From Candidatus Methanomethylicia archaeon (GTDB lineage Archaea; Thermoproteota; Methanomethylicia; Nezhaarchaeales; B40-G2): a stretch of DNA of 64,000 bases. Under the pieces are notes generated by a model that searched no databases, had not been told where the DNA came from, and saw only the letters and a program-made list of their open reading frames with translations. Positions 18,378 to 26,995 of the stretch are shown piece by piece. Numbering within the stretch: position 1 is the stretch's first letter; each line of letters begins with the position of its first letter. The translations under genes and the position numbers were made by a program. The stretch is taken from contig JAPDJI010000025.1 of NCBI GenBank assembly GCA_029259155.1, positions 1 through 64,000 of the forward strand, written 5' to 3'.

Positions 18378-19535
18378 ATGAGGCTGTCTAGGCGCGAGTT
18401 CCTCAAAACAGTGACCTTACTTGGTGCAGCGGCTGCCATAGAACTGTATAAACCAGAGATTGTCCAAGCGCTTGAATCCGCAGCTAGTGGCGAGATACCG
18501 GTAGCCTGGGTGCAAGGCGCAGGCTGTACAGGCTGTACGATCTCTCTCATACAGAGCAGCGACCCTGACCTCGTTGAAGCTCTAACATGGTTTAGGCTTA
18601 ACCTAAGCTTCCACCCAACCATTATGGTAGAGCCTCAACACGACCCTGAAGGAGCCCTCAAGAAGTTAGAGGAGTTTCCTGAAGGAGGAGTTTTAATACT
18701 TGAAGGAGCCATTCCTCAAGGCAACTACTGCATGGTAGGCGAGAAGGAAGGGCAACCAGTTACCCTTGAGGAGTGGATGGAGGAGCTCGGCAGTAAGGCA
18801 AGCGTAGCCCTTGCCTTTGGTACCTGCGCTGCTTTCGGCGGCATACCTGCAGGGTACCCCAACCCTACTGGTTGCCGTGGCCTCAAGGACTTCTTCGATG
18901 AAAAAGGGATCACTACACCCGTCATAAATATTTCAGGCTGCCCGCCTCATCCAGACTGGATGCTACTAACAATAGCGCTGGTAGCGCTTGGCCACGCTGA
19001 CTGGGTATTAGATAGTCTCGATGAGTATAATAGGCCAAGCTGGTTCTACCCAGACTACATCCATAACCTATGCCCAAGGAGGCAATACTTCGATAACCTT
19101 GAGATAGCTGAACATCCCGGCGACTGGGAGACTAAGTGTCTATGGAGGATCGGATGCCGCGGACCCGTAACCAAGGCAGACTGCCCCATTAGGCTTTGGA
19201 ACAATGGCACGAACTTCTGCATCTCTGCCAATGCACCCTGCATCGGGTGCGTAAACCCAGACTTCCCGGGCAAAGAAGCTAACCCCAAGGGCTTCTATGA
19301 ACACTTAGCCAACCCTAACGTAGGGGAGCCAAAGGTATTCAGCGCCCCCTTCACCGTGGATCTCAAGACCCTATCATACAGGGACACAGTGGCCTCAACG
19401 GGACGAGCATTCGCGCTAACTGCCATAGATAAAATAGCTCTAGCAGCCATGGGCCTAGGAGCAGCCACCGTCCTCTTGAAAGGTCGTGTTCAGCACAAGG
19501 AAAGCAGGAAGAAGGAGGTGAATGAGAATGCCTGA
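18378..19535 (+). CDS. Group 1 [NiFe]-hydrogenase small subunit (Tat signal, C-terminal anchor)
   Basis: SRREFLK, CTGC, GTCAAFGG, GCPPHP, HNLCPR, CL.RIGCRGP, CIGC and a C-terminal hydrophobic helix. Confidence 0.95.
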   Translation: MRLSRREFLKTVTLLGAAAAIELYKPEIVQALESAASGEIPVAWVQGAGCTGCTISLIQSSDPDLVEALTWFRLNLSFHPTIMVEPQHDPEGALKKLEEFPEGGVLILEGAIPQGNYCMVGEKEGQPVTLEEWMEELGSKASVALAFGTCAAFGGIPAGYPNPTGCRGLKDFFDEKGITTPVINISGCPPHPDWMLLTIALVALGHADWVLDSLDEYNRPSWFYPDYIHNLCPRRQYFDNLEIAEHPGDWETKCLWRIGCRGPVTKADCPIRLWNNGTNFCISANAPCIGCVNPDFPGKEANPKGFYEHLANPNVGEPKVFSAPFTVDLKTLSYRDTVASTGRAFALTAIDKIALAAMGLGAATVLLKGRVQHKESRKKEVNENA

Positions 19536-21051
19536 GGTCGTAATAGATCCTATGAGTAGGATCGAAGGACACATGGCCATTAAATTAATGGTAGAGGACG
19601 GCCAGGTCGTGGATGCATGGTCCATGGGCATGCTATGGAGAGGCTTAGAGCGAGTGGTCCTCAATAGAGACCCGAGAGACGCCCCGATAATACTCTCACG
19701 TATATGCGGCGTGTGCCACGGCGTCCATCGCCAAACATCAATCCTTGCCATCGAACATGCCTGTATGGGTGAAGATTACCACCCTCCTGACAACGCAATC
19801 AGGATAAGGAACATCATCGAAGGTATTCAGGAGATATGGGATCACGCCGCTCACCTAACAGTCCTAGCTGGCCCTGACTATGCGGTCTACGGCCTAGCCG
19901 GTAAATACTGTCCCGGCTTACGTCAGCCACCATGGGCTCCTCCTACCTCTACTGAAACAGCTACATCCTCGGCTCCATGCTTAGAGATCGACATAAACAG
20001 GTACTACAGCCTACTCCATAATGTCATCCTGCCTGTACAGAAGCTTTGCCACGAGGCCATGGCTATCTTTGGCGGCAAGGTTCCCCACCACATGACAGCC
20101 TTGCCTGGTGGAGTAACAGTTACGCCCAGCCCAGCTGACTTGGCGTTAGCGTACGCTAAGATGAGAGAAGTTAAGAACATCATAGAGGAGGTCTACAACT
20201 ATGTATGGGGCACCTTCGTACCCCACCTCTTAGACGAGCACCCGGACGTCGTTGAAGCGATCACCAATATAGGCGTAGGCGTCAAAAACTTCCTTGCCTA
20301 CGGCGTCTGTCCAGTTCCGGAGAACAATTACGCAAAGTTCCTAGATGGCGGCGTCATCATAAACGGCGACAGGTATAGCATTGACTTAAACGAAATCGAA
20401 GAACAGGTCAAGTACTCCTGGTACACGGACAGCAGCGGTGGTAAGCCCTCGCAGGAGCCTCCGCCGGAGCCTTATTATGGTAAATCCGGAGCTTACTCAT
20501 GGATTAAAGCTCCAAGATATATGGGCGAGCCCTGTGAAGTAGGCCCCTTAGCCAGAATGCTAGTCAACAACAAATACACCCCTATCTCAAACCAAGGAGC
20601 CTCACTACTCGACAGAGTATTAGCAAGGCTGGAAGAGGCTAAACTCTACGCTGAGAACATATTAGACTGGATTCTAAGCGTAAAGCCAGGACAGCCAGTA
20701 TATGACACCGACTTCGAGCTGAGAGATGGAGAAGGCTTCGGGACCTGGGAGCCACCCAGAGGCGCGCTACTACACTACATCAGGATAAGAGATGGAAAGA
20801 CCGCGGCGTATCAATGCGTGGTACCTACCACTTGGAACGCCTCTCCGCGCGACGTCAACGGGAAGAAGGGACCCATTGAGACCGCCCTGATCGGTACCCC
20901 AGTACCCTACGACGAGGAAGCAGGGCATTATGACGTGATTAACGCGGTTAGGATCGTTAGGTCGTTCGATCCCTGCTTAGCCTGCGCCATACACCTAATA
21001 ACGCCTAAAGGTGAAGCCTTAAGAGTACCTGTTACACCACTCTTACCATAG
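19522..21051 (+). CDS. Group 1 [NiFe]-hydrogenase large subunit
   Basis: DPMSRIEGH, L1 RICGVC, L2 RSFDPCLACAIH followed by a cleavable C-terminal extension. Confidence 0.96.
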   Translation: MRMPEVVIDPMSRIEGHMAIKLMVEDGQVVDAWSMGMLWRGLERVVLNRDPRDAPIILSRICGVCHGVHRQTSILAIEHACMGEDYHPPDNAIRIRNIIEGIQEIWDHAAHLTVLAGPDYAVYGLAGKYCPGLRQPPWAPPTSTETATSSAPCLEIDINRYYSLLHNVILPVQKLCHEAMAIFGGKVPHHMTALPGGVTVTPSPADLALAYAKMREVKNIIEEVYNYVWGTFVPHLLDEHPDVVEAITNIGVGVKNFLAYGVCPVPENNYAKFLDGGVIINGDRYSIDLNEIEEQVKYSWYTDSSGGKPSQEPPPEPYYGKSGAYSWIKAPRYMGEPCEVGPLARMLVNNKYTPISNQGASLLDRVLARLEEAKLYAENILDWILSVKPGQPVYDTDFELRDGEGFGTWEPPRGALLHYIRIRDGKTAAYQCVVPTTWNASPRDVNGKKGPIETALIGTPVPYDEEAGHYDVINAVRIVRSFDPCLACAIHLITPKGEALRVPVTPLLP

Positions 21052-21061
21052 CGAGTAAAGA

Positions 21062-21517
21062 TTGTCGAAAAAGACAGCTGTGATAGGCTTAGGCAACACG
21101 CTGATGGCTGATGAAGGTGTAGGCGTAAAGGTGGTTAAGGAGCTTAAAAAACAAGCCTTGCCACCTAATGTGGAGGTTTACGAAGCTGGAACTCCTGGAC
21201 TTTTTTTAATTTCTTTAATTGAAGGTTTTGATAAAGTCATTTTGGTGGATGCAGTAGAGCTGAAGGGTCCTCCTGGGACGATCTATCGTCTTAGTTTCGA
21301 GGAAGGGCTTTTCGAGACTTCTAGCCCGACTTCAATGCACGAGATTGACGCTATAACTGCCTTGAAGATAGCTAAACATACAGGGAAGCTTCCACGAGAA
21401 GTGGTTATAGTGGGCATAGAGCCTAAGGTAGTGGAATTAGGGGAGGGTCTCTCTCCTGAGGTTGAGGCCGCTATACCTAAGGCCGTTAAACTCTTGCTCA
21501 ACGAGCTAAAAACGTAA
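21062..21517 (+). CDS. Hydrogenase maturation endopeptidase
   Basis: GLGNTLMADEGVG, VDAV, SMHE. Confidence 0.93.
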   Translation: MSKKTAVIGLGNTLMADEGVGVKVVKELKKQALPPNVEVYEAGTPGLFLISLIEGFDKVILVDAVELKGPPGTIYRLSFEEGLFETSSPTSMHEIDAITALKIAKHTGKLPREVVIVGIEPKVVELGEGLSPEVEAAIPKAVKLLLNELKT

Positions 21518-21574
21518 CCAATAGATAGCATTGCAGGCTTCAATACTCTAAGAGAGCTACCTTATTTGGCTGTC

Positions 21575-21591
21575 CGAAACACTTATTAAAG
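21575..21591 (+). promoter_or_regulatory. BRE/TATA promoter of the HybA/NrfD pair
   Basis: CGAAACACTTATTAAAG, near-identical to 18331-18347. Confidence 0.6.
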
Positions 21592-21646
21592 CCAATCAAC
21601 GACCACTGTCGCGCTAGCATGAGGCTTCCTGTTGGAGGCTGGAACA

Positions 21647-22588
21647 ATGACTAATGTGGAAAGGAGGCTAACGAGAAGAGATTTCCTTAAAGTATTCGGT
21701 GGGGGTGTCGCGGCTTCATTCATGGGCCTTTCCTCTCCTCAAATGTCTAGCTCAGGAACCTCTAGCGCCTCGGAGACGTATGCTATGCTATACGATAACA
21801 CAAAGTGTATAGGGTGCAATGCCTGTGTAGTGGCATGCAGGTTATGGAATGGAAGATTAGGTGGACGTTTTCCTTTCCTCTTGGAGGACAGGATTGGCCC
21901 TCAGGAACCTCCGGAGGAACCTAAGATCGATGAACATCACTTCCTAGTCATAGTTCCCCACCCTGAGCTTAGACACCAGGATGGTAGAGGAGTGTTTCAG
22001 CGAAGATCATGTATGCATTGTGTTGAGCCGCCGTGTCTATACGTCTGTCCTACAAATGCCATCTACCAATATAAGGGGATAAACCTAACTGACTATGACC
22101 GATGTTTCGGCTGCCAGTACTGCGTTATAGCTTGTCCTTATAAGGCCAGGGTGTTCTATGAAGGTGAAGGATGGGGTGTTCCAGTTAAGTGCTGGTTCTG
22201 CCTTGATAGGCTCGAACAGGGCCTATATCCTGCATGCGTAAGCGTATGTCCCGTGGGTGCGCTTGACTTTGGCACTCGCGATGAAATGGTTGCTAAGGCT
22301 TATGCAAGATGCGATGAGCTTAGAGCTGAAGGTAGGGAAGCTTACATCTGGGGGGCCGGTGAGGAGCATGGTACCAACGTGATCTTTGTCTCAGATGTAC
22401 CGTTCGAAGAGCTAGGCTTGCCTGAACCTGAGATGAGGGTACCTGCACCAGAGGCCTACCCGAAGCTATTCTTAGAACGTGGAGGCCTAGCCACCTTCGG
22501 AGGCGCAGCGCTTATATTCTTGAGCTTCGCACTGTGGCGCAGATCTAGAATAATTAAAGCTAAGGTTAAGGAGATCCCGAGGGGTTGA
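21647..22588 (+). CDS. Tat-exported 4x[4Fe-4S] protein (HybA/NrfC-like) with C-terminal anchor
   Basis: TRRDFLK, four ferredoxin Cys motifs, C-terminal TM. ATG 21647 follows GGAGG. Confidence 0.9.
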   Translation: MTNVERRLTRRDFLKVFGGGVAASFMGLSSPQMSSSGTSSASETYAMLYDNTKCIGCNACVVACRLWNGRLGGRFPFLLEDRIGPQEPPEEPKIDEHHFLVIVPHPELRHQDGRGVFQRRSCMHCVEPPCLYVCPTNAIYQYKGINLTDYDRCFGCQYCVIACPYKARVFYEGEGWGVPVKCWFCLDRLEQGLYPACVSVCPVGALDFGTRDEMVAKAYARCDELRAEGREAYIWGAGEEHGTNVIFVSDVPFEELGLPEPEMRVPAPEAYPKLFLERGGLATFGGAALIFLSFALWRRSRIIKAKVKEIPRG

Positions 22589-23547
22589 TCGAGATGATCG
22601 AGCTTTTATCGGAGGAACTACCTTGGGGCTTAACTATCGCTTTAGCTCTCTACTTTGGAGGACTGGGCGGAGGCTCCTTCATAGTAGCTGCAGTCACTAG
22701 CTTCATTTCAGGCGAGGAATTCAGGGATATTATGAAGTTCGGTGCCTATATAGGACTGATAGCAACAGCCTTATGCGGCACCTTCCTTGCTCTCCACGCT
22801 GGACATCCTGAACGACTGCTATACATGTATAGTAACCCCATATCTATGATAACCTTCGGCACCTGCGTAATATCTTCGATACTACCGATAGGGCTAATTT
22901 ATGCCACCTTCCTGCCGCCAGACTCTCTACCGTGGTTGAAGTCGTTCTTACCGTGGTCCGTGTACGTTAAGCCAAGGAAGTTCTTCGAGCTACTGCTATT
23001 CATACTTGGCTCAGGCCTAGCTGGCTACACAGGTTTCGTGTTAGGTATAGCATGGGCACAGCCTTTCTGGGAGACTCCGTTGATAACTGTGTTGTTCTAT
23101 GTTTCCGGCGTGTCCACAGCTTTAATGGCCATAGGCCTATGCATAGCTATTCTTCGTTTAGTGCAGGTTACCGAGGAATCCAAGAAGCTCTTCGTAGAAA
23201 TGATGCATAGGCTCGACGTAGCCGACGGCTACATGTTACTCATAGAGCTGGGCGCTGCTATGCTATACTTATACATCATGTTCAACAACCCATCAGAAAT
23301 TGCACGCGAATCTGCAGCCATACTGGCCTTCGGGGAACTAGCTCCTCTATTCTGGGGAGGCTTCATATTCCTCGGCTTAATAATACCTATCATGCTAGTA
23401 GTGCTATTAGCGTGGAAAGGCAGGACGGCTGCCTTCATAAGGCTTTACGCTCCGTTGATGATAGTCGCTGCGCTATGCGTACTAATCGGAGGAGCCTTTA
23501 TGAGATACTGCTTCCTAGTTGCTGGACAGCTACCAGTGGTAGGCTAA
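22585..23547 (+). CDS. NrfD/PsrC-family integral membrane subunit
   Basis: PWGLTIALALYFGGLGGG, HAGHPER, about 8 TM helices, GGAFMRY near the C-terminus. Confidence 0.88.
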   Translation: MIEMIELLSEELPWGLTIALALYFGGLGGGSFIVAAVTSFISGEEFRDIMKFGAYIGLIATALCGTFLALHAGHPERLLYMYSNPISMITFGTCVISSILPIGLIYATFLPPDSLPWLKSFLPWSVYVKPRKFFELLLFILGSGLAGYTGFVLGIAWAQPFWETPLITVLFYVSGVSTALMAIGLCIAILRLVQVTEESKKLFVEMMHRLDVADGYMLLIELGAAMLYLYIMFNNPSEIARESAAILAFGELAPLFWGGFIFLGLIIPIMLVVLLAWKGRTAAFIRLYAPLMIVAALCVLIGGAFMRYCFLVAGQLPVVG

Positions 23548-23599
23548 AAACAGGTAATGCATTTTTTGTTGTTTAGATATCCAGTTTCTTCGTTTCTCC

Positions 23600-23893
23600 T
23601 TAAGCCCTTGTAACTATGACCTTATCACCAACTCTAAAGTTACCGTCTAGAAGCCTATCTTTAGCTAACCTTATGATTCCTTGTCCTTCATCCTCGGGAG
23701 GGAGTTCATCCACAGTGGCTATGGTGTAGGTTCCTCTAACGGACCAAAAGCTGGCAGTTATCTCTATTTTATCACCTTTCTTTACCCCGAGGTAATCCAT
23801 GGTCTTTTTATCTAGCCTTGCGATGCCTTGATCTCCTTCAAGCGGTGCCTTTATAACAAGTTTAGCCTTATACGGCATAGCCTCACCCAACAC
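23600..23893 (-). CDS. Stand-alone double-psi beta-barrel protein (CDC48/VAT N-domain-like)
   Basis: Duplicated GIARLD..TM..LGV..GD.IEI / GIIRL....L...F.VGD.V.V pattern. Confidence 0.7.
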   Translation of the reverse strand: MLGEAMPYKAKLVIKAPLEGDQGIARLDKKTMDYLGVKKGDKIEITASFWSVRGTYTIATVDELPPEDEGQGIIRLAKDRLLDGNFRVGDKVIVTRA

Positions 23894-23949
23894 ATTGGAT
23901 TATTGAAAGGATTTATAAGCTTTAATAGTGTCTATGTAGGTTCATAGCT

Positions 23950-24540
23950 TTAAGTGCTGTCTTCTTCTTTCTTTTCTTCAGCCATCCTAGGCAGCTTCTC
24001 ATAGATCATGTCGTGTCTTATCTTCATCTCCTTCAAGAGCACTTGATAAATCTCTAGAAGTCTATCTATTTGGTCTATCCATCTTCTAAGCTTGTATCCA
24101 CTTTCAGGACTTTCAGGGATACGTACCATGTAGTCTTCAGTTATATATTTGAAGCCGAACCGTTCATAGAACTTCTCCAACTCCTTTTCATAACCTTCTT
24201 CAGGTGATGGCATGAGAGCTATAATGGTGTCTAGCTCACTTGTTATACTGCTTAGTAATGCGGATCCTACCCCTTTACCTCTATAAGGCCTAGCAACCTC
24301 GATAGCTTCTATTGCCTTAGCTCCCGGAAGAGCTGGCCAGTCTGATATTATAGCGAAGCCTACTACTTCGTCGTTCTCGACAGCCAACCACACGTCTAAA
24401 CCTTCTCTAAGCCTATCTCTAAGCAGCTGTTTAAGCTCTGCCTTTCCCTTTTCATCGTGAGAGGAAATCCACCTAGTAAACCCTGACGATATCTTAAGCT
24501 TGTCTATATCCTCTAAGGTGGCTTTACGTACTGTGACCAT
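23950..24540 (-). CDS. GNAT acetyltransferase with C-terminal helical extension
   Basis: VRKATLED, EVARPYRGKGVGSALL (acetyl-CoA loop), FYERFGF. Confidence 0.85.
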   Translation of the reverse strand: MVTVRKATLEDIDKLKISSGFTRWISSHDEKGKAELKQLLRDRLREGLDVWLAVENDEVVGFAIISDWPALPGAKAIEAIEVARPYRGKGVGSALLSSITSELDTIIALMPSPEEGYEKELEKFYERFGFKYITEDYMVRIPESPESGYKLRRWIDQIDRLLEIYQVLLKEMKIRHDMIYEKLPRMAEEKKEEDST

Positions 24541-24586
24541 GAGTATTCGAACCTTTCTTTCACCCTTCCTTGCTTAATGGCCACAC

Positions 24587-24922
24587 TTAAAGTTTAAAGG
24601 CTCTCCTCTGGTCAGCTCTCTTCTTCAACTCCCTGAGGGAGCCTTCGTAGTTCTCGAGTATGTGGTTTATCTGCTCAATCCAGGTTTTTGCCTTATCGCG
24701 TCCTCTAGGGGGTTTTGGGATGAGCCTGCTTGGCATGAACTCAAGGTCAAGCCTCTCGCTGAAGGCCTTCAACTCTCTTTCGTAACCTTCTCTTAACTTC
24801 TTTACATACACCTTGGCTAGCTGCGACCTTAACTTTTCGAAATTCTTCCTAACCAAGTCTTTTAATCTTGGCTCTCTTAATTCAAGGATTATTTCATCCT
24901 CACACGTCAGGATAGATAGCAT
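24587..24922 (-). CDS. Hypothetical protein similar to the C-terminal half of the adjacent GNAT
   Basis: EGYERELKAFSER...WIEQINHILENY aligns with EGYEKELEKFYER...WIDQIDRLLEIY. Confidence 0.7.
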   Translation of the reverse strand: MLSILTCEDEIILELREPRLKDLVRKNFEKLRSQLAKVYVKKLREGYERELKAFSERLDLEFMPSRLIPKPPRGRDKAKTWIEQINHILENYEGSLRELKKRADQRRAFKL

Positions 24923-24982
24923 AACTTCCCTGAAAATTTCCTTTAGAGCGTCTACCGTCTCCGACGTGAAGAGCTTCCTCCC

Positions 24983-25960
24983 TTAAGTTATGTACTCGAA
25001 GAAGTCAGTGTGTTTAAAAGTGACTAGAGGCCAACCATAAATTTCCTTAGCTATCAATATGACACCTTGTGGAGGAACAGCGCCCTTTTCGGTTATTATA
25101 AGGTCAATGTATTCAGGAGGAGTTACGTCGTATGTAGGGTTAGCTACGAAGATGCCAAGTCTCTGTATCTCTTCTTGAGGCAGTACCCATGAAGGGTCGC
25201 CTCTTTCATAGCTAGCTTCCTCGGCAAAGGCTACTTCAGCTGTGATCTTCTGGGTATTGGCAGCCACATAAACCTTAACTCTATGTTCCCTTGCTGCTAA
25301 GGCTACGGCTCCCGTACCCACCTTGCCTACTATGCAACCGTTAGGACAGATGGCAGTGGCTCCTAATACCACCTTATGTACTCTTCTGATGTAGTAATAG
25401 TGAGCAGAATCTATGATCAGGGTGGTGGGTAGGCCTAGATCAGCTAGGGCCATAGCTAAAATTCTTCCTTGGAAATCTGGCCTCGCTTCAGTAACCATCA
25501 CTTGTATTTTCTTGCCTTCTTCCTTGGCTTTCGCGAGTATAGATAATACTGTGGTACTCGCACCGTGGGTTAAGATGACGTCTCCGTCCTCAATATACCT
25601 GGCCCCTACCTCGCCTATCTTGTCTATGGCTGACCTCATGGACTTGTTAAACTCCATAGCTTTCAAAGTTACCAGTTTCTTGAGCTCTGTAACGCTGAGG
25701 CCTTTGTCTATGCCCTGCCTAACCTCGTTAATCAGATAACGAGAAGCATTAGCTAACAATATTAACCTAGGTCTTTCCTTAAGGAAGAGGGCTAAGTACT
25801 CTGTTATTTCATGTTCAAAGTCTTCAGGGCGCTTAGCTTTCATGTAGACAGTGGAGGAAGCTATGGCGTCGAGGCACTCCATGGTTATCTTGGTTTCGCC
25901 AATGATCTTGCCGCTTCTGAGTCCTTGGAGTACTTTTTCAATCGGTGGGTTATAAGTCAT
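24983..25960 (-). CDS. eIF-2B alpha/beta/delta / ribose-1,5-bisphosphate isomerase family protein (catalytic residues altered)
   Basis: RP motif, GDVILTHGAS, EARP..QG, GKVGT, NPTYDVTPPEYIDLIITEKG. Confidence 0.85.
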   Translation of the reverse strand: MTYNPPIEKVLQGLRSGKIIGETKITMECLDAIASSTVYMKAKRPEDFEHEITEYLALFLKERPRLILLANASRYLINEVRQGIDKGLSVTELKKLVTLKAMEFNKSMRSAIDKIGEVGARYIEDGDVILTHGASTTVLSILAKAKEEGKKIQVMVTEARPDFQGRILAMALADLGLPTTLIIDSAHYYYIRRVHKVVLGATAICPNGCIVGKVGTGAVALAAREHRVKVYVAANTQKITAEVAFAEEASYERGDPSWVLPQEEIQRLGIFVANPTYDVTPPEYIDLIITEKGAVPPQGVILIAKEIYGWPLVTFKHTDFFEYIT

Positions 25961-26056
25961 AAGATCACCAAGGCCTATAAGCTAGCCTTGTTAACTAAGC
26001 CTCTACGACATACTTATACGTTATTCCTAAACATCTACCATAAATATGATTTTTAA

Positions 26057-26995
26057 TTAGTTCAATAGAATTGTAATTAAGAAACCCAAGGCTAAAAGCG
26101 CCTTTACTCCAAACAAGTGTAGGAAGGAAGCCTTAATGCAAGGTACAAGCCTCCTCCCTTCCTCATACCTATATCTGGCTTCATAGACTTTCCACACAGC
26201 AATGGGAAAGAAGACCAGGCCTACAAGGCAGGTATACGGTAAAAGTCCTAGCCATACTTCAAGTACTAAGATAGTGGCGCTGACGATTACCGGATATAAA
26301 GCCACCCTAGCGGCTTTCTCCCTTCCAAGGTATCCTGCTAGGGTAAGCTTACCGGCCTGCTTATCGGCGTAGTAGTCGGGGATTTCGCCTAATAGCCTTG
26401 GAGCTAAGGGTGCTATAAGCGCTGGTATACAGGCTACGAGTGGCTCCATAGCAAAGCTGCCCAGCTGGATGTAGGAGGTGGCTAGCACTATAAGAAAGGT
26501 GAAGTTAAATGGCATTAAGAACTCTGGAACTCCGTAGACTCTATATGAAAGCTTCAAGGGAGGGGCTACGTAGAAGGCTCCTGTAAAGGCAGCTATGAGT
26601 CCTATAGCTAAGAGCGGCCATAGACCTGTCAGGAAGACTAGGTATAGGCCAAGTACTCCTGCGATGGTAAAGGAGACGATCGACATGACTAATAGCGTGG
26701 AAGGTGATATGAGCCCCATCACTGTTGGTTTTCCTCCTCCTGTCCACTTAGTTGCGTCTTCATGGCTAACTAGCGTGTCTACCCCACTCACATAGTCGGC
26801 ATAATCGTTTATGAAGAAGGAGCCGAAGGAAATCAACATCACCACAATTAACGTTAATGTCGCTAACACCCCGTCGAAGACCCCATAATAATAATAAGTG
26901 GAAGCTAGCCCCAGCGCGACTCCTGCTACTGGGCTCCAAGCATGCCTTAAGTTGAGGATGTCTATCAACTTGATCAGAGGTTTAGGCTGTGCCAT
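26057..26995 (-). CDS. UbiA-superfamily prenyltransferase, MenA-like
   Basis: NDYADYVSGVD, YVAPPLKLSYR, EIPDYYADKQAGKLTL, multi-TM. Confidence 0.85.
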   Translation of the reverse strand: MAQPKPLIKLIDILNLRHAWSPVAGVALGLASTYYYYGVFDGVLATLTLIVVMLISFGSFFINDYADYVSGVDTLVSHEDATKWTGGGKPTVMGLISPSTLLVMSIVSFTIAGVLGLYLVFLTGLWPLLAIGLIAAFTGAFYVAPPLKLSYRVYGVPEFLMPFNFTFLIVLATSYIQLGSFAMEPLVACIPALIAPLAPRLLGEIPDYYADKQAGKLTLAGYLGREKAARVALYPVIVSATILVLEVWLGLLPYTCLVGLVFFPIAVWKVYEARYRYEEGRRLVPCIKASFLHLFGVKALLALGFLITILLN

